Shown here: in pieces, positions 63,571 through 64,000 of the stretch
How the letters are laid out: every line of letters starts with the position of its first letter
How positions within the stretch are numbered: the stretch's first letter is position 1
NCBI GenBank assembly: GCA_013265495.1
Contig: MU058337.1
Span: forward strand, 5,002,716 to 5,066,715
Reading direction: 5' to 3'
Length of the DNA stretch: 64,000 nucleotides
Source: Vicugna vicugna
Lineage: Eukaryota
Program-made: the position numbers and the translations under genes
Notes under the pieces: model-generated
What the model was told of the DNA's origin: nothing
The model's input: the letters and a program-made list of their open reading frames with translations, nothing else
Database searches by the model: none

Positions 63571-64000
63571 TTGAGGCATTCACTCTTAAGCACTGGCAAA
63601 TTGTGAGAATGTTATATGGCTGTATTAATACATTCTTAAGCATATTTATTTTGTGATTTTTTTGCTAATATTTATAGCACTGATATCATCTGTTCATGTT
63701 AAAGCATTATTATTTTAAGAATTTATACGTGTCTATATTCTAGAGAAAACAGATTTAACATTATAGAACCAGTTGGCACATATTTTAATATTAGTCTTAA
63801 GGTTTCTTATTTAAAGATGTACTGTAATTATTTTATATTTTGTTTCCATTTTCTTGTTTTAATAAATTTTATACTAATCTTAAGAAATGGTAGCAAGCTT
63901 ATGAATAAGGCCAATTTAATTGATATTTACTAAAATTTCATGATCATTTATTTTTTCTGTGTGGTAACAAGAACATATACAAATGCATCCTAAGCTCTCA

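Noticed and set aside
1..64000. CRISPR array, operon or other prokaryote-type system
   Set aside because: Mammalian repeat-rich DNA with no regularly spaced repeats or gene-dense coding blocks

Overview
This is mammalian nuclear DNA, most likely camelid: it carries a tRNA-Ala-derived Vic-1-type SINE with a clear target-site duplication and artiodactyl-type L1 and ERV1 LTR sequences. The window is AT-rich and essentially non-coding (long intron or intergenic). It is a mosaic of interspersed repeats (L1, L2, MIR, MaLR/MLT1 LTRs, one ERV1-type solo LTR, hAT-Charlie MER elements) and microsatellites. I could not recognise any protein-coding exon or RNA gene; the ORFs in the track look like chance frames or repeat-derived. 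The first ~1.1 kb retains CpGs and is G/T-skewed, which suggests a promoter just left of the window transcribing the + strand. Several repeat-free stretches carry enhancer-like motif clusters. I found no convincing novel biological system; the findings are modest, testable hypotheses. Repeat family names come from recalled consensus sequences, not a search, and most repeat boundaries are approximate.
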